Part shown: piece after piece, positions 60,995-64,000 of the stretch | Layout of the letters: the number at the start of each line of letters is the position of its first letter | Position numbering within the stretch: the first letter of the stretch is position 1 | Assembly: GCA_902805775.1 (NCBI GenBank) | Contig: CADCUB010000052.1 | Location: 2,666 to 66,665, forward strand | Direction of reading: 5' to 3' | Source: an uncultured Frankineae bacterium | GTDB taxonomy: Bacteria > Actinomycetota > Actinomycetes > Mycobacteriales > SCTD01 | DNA length: 64,000 nucleotides | The notes under the pieces: generated by a model | Seen by the model: only the letters and a program-made list of their open reading frames with translations | Told to the model about the DNA's origin: nothing | Databases searched by the model: none | Position numbers and translations under genes: made by a program

Positions 60995-61648
60995 TCACGT
61001 CGGGCCGGACGCGTGCCCCGGGCCGTGGGCGTCGTGCAGCGTGGCGTGCCGCTCGACGAGCAGCTCGTGGCCGAGGGCCGCCTGCGGCTCGCCGTGGGCG
61101 AGCACGAGGTGGCCGAGCAGCTTCTCCTGGTCGGCGACGAGGTCGCTCCAGGTGCTCACCAGGTCGGCGGCGGCGACCAGCGCCTCCAGCCGCACGCGCA
61201 GCGGCAGCAGGAGCAGCTCGCGCTCCAGCACCGCGACCAGGTCCTCCGGCAGCAGGTGCCGCGGGTCGTGCTCGTCCGGGCCGGCGAGGGCGACCAGGCC
61301 GTCGAGCTCCTCGTCGTCCTCGTCGTCGTCGAGCAGCACGGGAGCGTCGTCGTCGTCCTCGTCGTCCTCGTACTGCGTCTCGACCTCGGCCAGGGAGATC
61401 CCGGCCTCGGCGGCCCACCGGGCCTCCTCCTCGACGTCGACCTCGTCGGGCAGGGCCGCGAAGAACGCGTCCTGCCAGCGCTCGACCAGCTCGCGGACCG
61501 CGTCGCAGCGCTCGAGCACGCTGCCCAGGTCGGGGACGCCCGGCTGCAGCAGCGCGGCCTGCAGCGCCCGGACCGCTCCGGGCGGCAGGTCCTCCATCGG
61601 GTCGGCGGAGCAGACGGTGTGCACGACACCTCGGGAGTCCCGGAACAT
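60995..61648 (-). CDS. hypothetical highly acidic protein
   Basis: 217 aa with high GC3 and a central run EVETQYEDDEDDDDAPVLLDDDEDDEELDG. No family recognised by eye. Confidence 0.55.
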   Translation of the reverse strand: MFRDSRGVVHTVCSADPMEDLPPGAVRALQAALLQPGVPDLGSVLERCDAVRELVERWQDAFFAALPDEVDVEEEARWAAEAGISLAEVETQYEDDEDDDDAPVLLDDDEDDEELDGLVALAGPDEHDPRHLLPEDLVAVLERELLLLPLRVRLEALVAAADLVSTWSDLVADQEKLLGHLVLAHGEPQAALGHELLVERHATLHDAHGPGHASGPT

Positions 61649-61719
61649 CGGGCCACCCTAGGAGAGCCGCGTCGGGCACCGCCTAGGGTCGCCGGACCGG
61701 GTCGACGACAGGAGGACGT

Positions 61720-62499
61720 GTGGGCGAGTACGTGCGGCTCGAGGTCGAGGAGGGCGTGGGCACCCTGCGGCTCGACCGGCCGAAGATGAACGCGATCGAC
61801 GCCCAGCTGCGCACCGAGCTGCGGGCGGCCGCCGTCGAGGCGCGCGACCGCGACGACGTGCGCGCGGTGGTGCTGTACGGCGGGGAGCGCGTGTTCGCCG
61901 CCGGCGCCGACATCAAGGAGATGTCCGCGCTGTCCTACGCCTCGATGCTGAGCTACGGCGGGGCCCTGCAGGAGGCGCTGACCGTCGTCGCCCGCCTGCC
62001 CAAGCCGGTCGTCGCCGCGGTCACCGGCTACGCCCTGGGAGGCGGCTTCGAGCTCGCGCTGACGGCGGACTTCCGGGTCCTGGGGGAGCGCGCGAAGGTC
62101 GGCCTGCCCGAGATCACCCTCGGCATCATCCCGGGCGCCGGCGGCACCCAGCGGCTGACGCGGCTCGTCGGCCCGGCCAAGGCCAAGGACCTGGTGTTCA
62201 CCGGCCGGCACGTCGCCGCCGAGGAGGCGCTCGCGCTCGGCGTCGCCGACCGCGTCGTGCCCGACGCCGGCGTCTACGAGACGGCACGCGAGCTCGCTGC
62301 GCAGTTCGCCGCGGGCCCCGCGGTGGCCCTGCGGGCGGCCAAGCAGGCCGTCGACGACGGGCTCGAGCTCGACCTCGACAGCGCCCTGCGGCTGGAGACG
62401 GCCCTGTTCACCGGGCTGTTCGCCACCGAGGACCGGTCGACCGGCATGGCGTCCTTCATCGCGGAGGGACCGGGCAAGGCGCGCTTCTCCGGACGGTGA
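61720..62499 (+). CDS. enoyl-CoA hydratase (crotonase family)
   Basis: 259 aa, GTG start after AGGAGG. Motifs ..FAAGADIKEM.. and ..GYALGGGFELALTADFRV... Confidence 0.9.
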   Translation: MGEYVRLEVEEGVGTLRLDRPKMNAIDAQLRTELRAAAVEARDRDDVRAVVLYGGERVFAAGADIKEMSALSYASMLSYGGALQEALTVVARLPKPVVAAVTGYALGGGFELALTADFRVLGERAKVGLPEITLGIIPGAGGTQRLTRLVGPAKAKDLVFTGRHVAAEEALALGVADRVVPDAGVYETARELAAQFAAGPAVALRAAKQAVDDGLELDLDSALRLETALFTGLFATEDRSTGMASFIAEGPGKARFSGR

Positions 62500-62707
62500 C
62501 CGAGACCACCCTCCCGGGCCGCCCGCCGGCCTGCGAGCGGTGTTACCCGCAGGTAAGGTCAGCGGCAGGGCCGGTGCCCGTCCCCGGGTTGCACGCGGCT
62601 ACCGTGGCCGTCAACCTCGAGGCTGCGGACCCGCCCGTCGAGCCCTGCCCGTCGAGCGCCCGTGCGCGGTCCCGCTCGTCCCACTCTTCCGGAGGTCGGC
62701 GCCCCAC

Positions 62708-63514
62708 GTGAACATCGTCGTACTGGTCAAGCAGGTGCCCGACACCTGGGCCGAGCGCAAGCTCTCGGACAGCGACAAGACCCTCGACCGCGCCTCCGTC
62801 GACGTGGTGATGAACGAGATCGACGAGTACGCCGTCGAGGAGGCGCTGCGCCTGAAGGAGGCAGCCACAGCCTCCGGCGGGGAGGCGTCGGTCACCATCC
62901 TCACGATGGGGCCGGAGCGGGCGGTCGAGACCATCCGCAAGGCGCTGTCGATGGGCGCCGACAAGGCCGTCCACCTCACCGACCCGGCGCTCGCGGGCTC
63001 CGACGCCCTGCAGACGTCGTACGCCCTGGCCCAGGTGCTGTCGACGCTGGAGTACGACCTGGTCATCGCCGGCTCGGAGGCCACCGACTCGCGCATGTCG
63101 ATCATGACGGCGCTGCTCGCGGAGCGCACCGGGCAGCCGCAGCTGTCGGGTGCGCGCAAGGTGACCGCCAGCATGGAGGGGACTGCCGGGACGGTGCGGA
63201 TCGAGCGGCAGACCGAGAACGGCTACGACGTCGTCGAGGCGTCGACGCCCGCGCTCGTCTCCGTGGTCGAGAAGATCAACGAGCCTCGCTACCCGTCGTT
63301 CAAGGGGATCATGGCGGCCAAGAAGAAGCCGCTGACGACGCTGAGCATCGCCGACGCCGGCATCGACGCCGCGCAGGTCGGTCTGGCCAGCGCCCCCTCG
63401 CAGGTCGCGTCGTTCGCCACCAAGCCGCCGCGCTCCGCGGGGCAGGTCGTCAAGGACGAGGGGGACGGCGGCGTCAAGATCGTCGAGTTCCTCGCCGCGC
63501 AGAAGCTCGTCTGA
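62708..63514 (+). CDS. etfB: electron transfer flavoprotein beta subunit
   Basis: ORF 62540..63514 trimmed to GTG 62708 (VNIVVLVKQVPDTWAERKL..) after GGAGG. Confidence 0.9.
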   Translation: MNIVVLVKQVPDTWAERKLSDSDKTLDRASVDVVMNEIDEYAVEEALRLKEAATASGGEASVTILTMGPERAVETIRKALSMGADKAVHLTDPALAGSDALQTSYALAQVLSTLEYDLVIAGSEATDSRMSIMTALLAERTGQPQLSGARKVTASMEGTAGTVRIERQTENGYDVVEASTPALVSVVEKINEPRYPSFKGIMAAKKKPLTTLSIADAGIDAAQVGLASAPSQVASFATKPPRSAGQVVKDEGDGGVKIVEFLAAQKLV

Positions 63515-63544
63515 GCCGTCCCCGAGAAGGAAGAGATCGCCAAC

Positions 63545-64000
63545 ATGGCCGAGGTCCTGGTCCTCGTCGACCACGCCGAGGGAACTCCCAAGAAGGTCGC
63601 CTACGAGCTGCTCACGCTCGCCCGCGAGCTCGGCACGCCGTCCGCGGTCGTGCTGGGCGCCGGTGCGTCGGCCGCGGCGGACCGGCTCGCCGCGTACGGC
63701 GCCGAGACCGTCTACGTCAGCGAGGCCGAGGAGCTCGACGGCTACCTCGCCGGCCCCAAGGCCAGCGTGCTGGCCCAGCTGGTGGCCGACAAGAGCCCGG
63801 CGGCGGTGCTGCTCCCGAGCAACGCCGAGGGCAAGGAGGTCGCCGCCCGCCTGGCGGTCAAGACCGGCAGCGGCCTGATCACCGACGCGGTCGGGGTCAC
63901 CCCCGACCTGACCGCCGAGCAGCCGATCTTCGGCGGCAGCGTCGTCGTGCAGTCGCGGGTGGCCGCCGGCACGCCGGTCATCACCGTGCGGGCCAACAGC
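63545..64000 (+). CDS. etfA: electron transfer flavoprotein alpha subunit, N-terminal part (runs off the 3' edge)
   Basis: ATG 63545 after GAAGGAAGAG. The frame is open to the window end. MAEVLVLVDHAEG..KVAYELLTLAREL.. is typical of EtfA. Confidence 0.85.
   Translation, partial: MAEVLVLVDHAEGTPKKVAYELLTLARELGTPSAVVLGAGASAAADRLAAYGAETVYVSEAEELDGYLAGPKASVLAQLVADKSPAAVLLPSNAEGKEVAARLAVKTGSGLITDAVGVTPDLTAEQPIFGGSVVVQSRVAAGTPVITVRANS

Noticed and set aside
62543-62556. Quasi-palindrome TTACCCGCAGGTAA in the 208-nt spacer between echA and etfB, and the direct repeat GCCCGTCGAGC x2 nearby
   Set aside because: The palindrome matches at 12 of 14 positions, there is no adjacent regulator, and there is no second copy in the window. 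It is noted only as a possible operator to test if an etfBA regulator is sought.

Overview
This is a 64-kb chromosomal core segment from a very high-GC Actinobacterium; composition was judged by eye, not computed. As I remember the M. tuberculosis H37Rv gene order (Rv1299-Rv1328), the backbone here is the same: prfA-prmC-tsaC-(glyA)-wecA, then the F1Fo ATP synthase genes, DUF2550, a PduO-type adenosyltransferase and murA. Further on come nucS, a Zn-ribbon protein, mce, a thiolase, a thioredoxin/TPR protein, glgB...glgE and glgP.

Several blocks sit within that backbone:
- A membrane-protein/histidine-kinase/LuxR-regulator module on the opposite strand, between atpD and atpC.
- An ECF sigma factor with a membrane-anchored partner.
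- Ethylmalonyl-CoA pathway genes (meaA; ccr-mce-thiolase-meaB).
- An eight-gene form II (AYRGAGR) CoxSLM-type molybdenum hydroxylase cluster with maturation genes.
- A secreted GH43 enzyme.
- A complete glgE-treS-pep2-glgB operon plus glgP and glgX.
- echA and etfBA at the right edge.

I found no tRNA, rRNA, CRISPR array, transposase, integrase or recognisable defence system. Many long ORFs in the six-frame track are Arg/Ala/Gly/Pro-rich alternate-frame artefacts of the GC content.

The observations most worth a second look:
1. The ATP synthase operon is split, with the epsilon gene separated from atpD.
2. Short tandem repeats start at, or are copied from, gene stop codons in four intergenic regions. 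Two of them have periods of 13 and 16 nt, which put TGA in all three frames.
3. A duplicated 64-nt structured element lies downstream of glgP, next to a truncated DUF559-like gene.
4. GlgB has a 177-aa Lys/Ala/Pro-rich N-terminal extension.
5. CoxG carries a low-complexity linker and a C-terminal membrane anchor.

All functional calls rest on motif and family recognition by eye. No database search was run.
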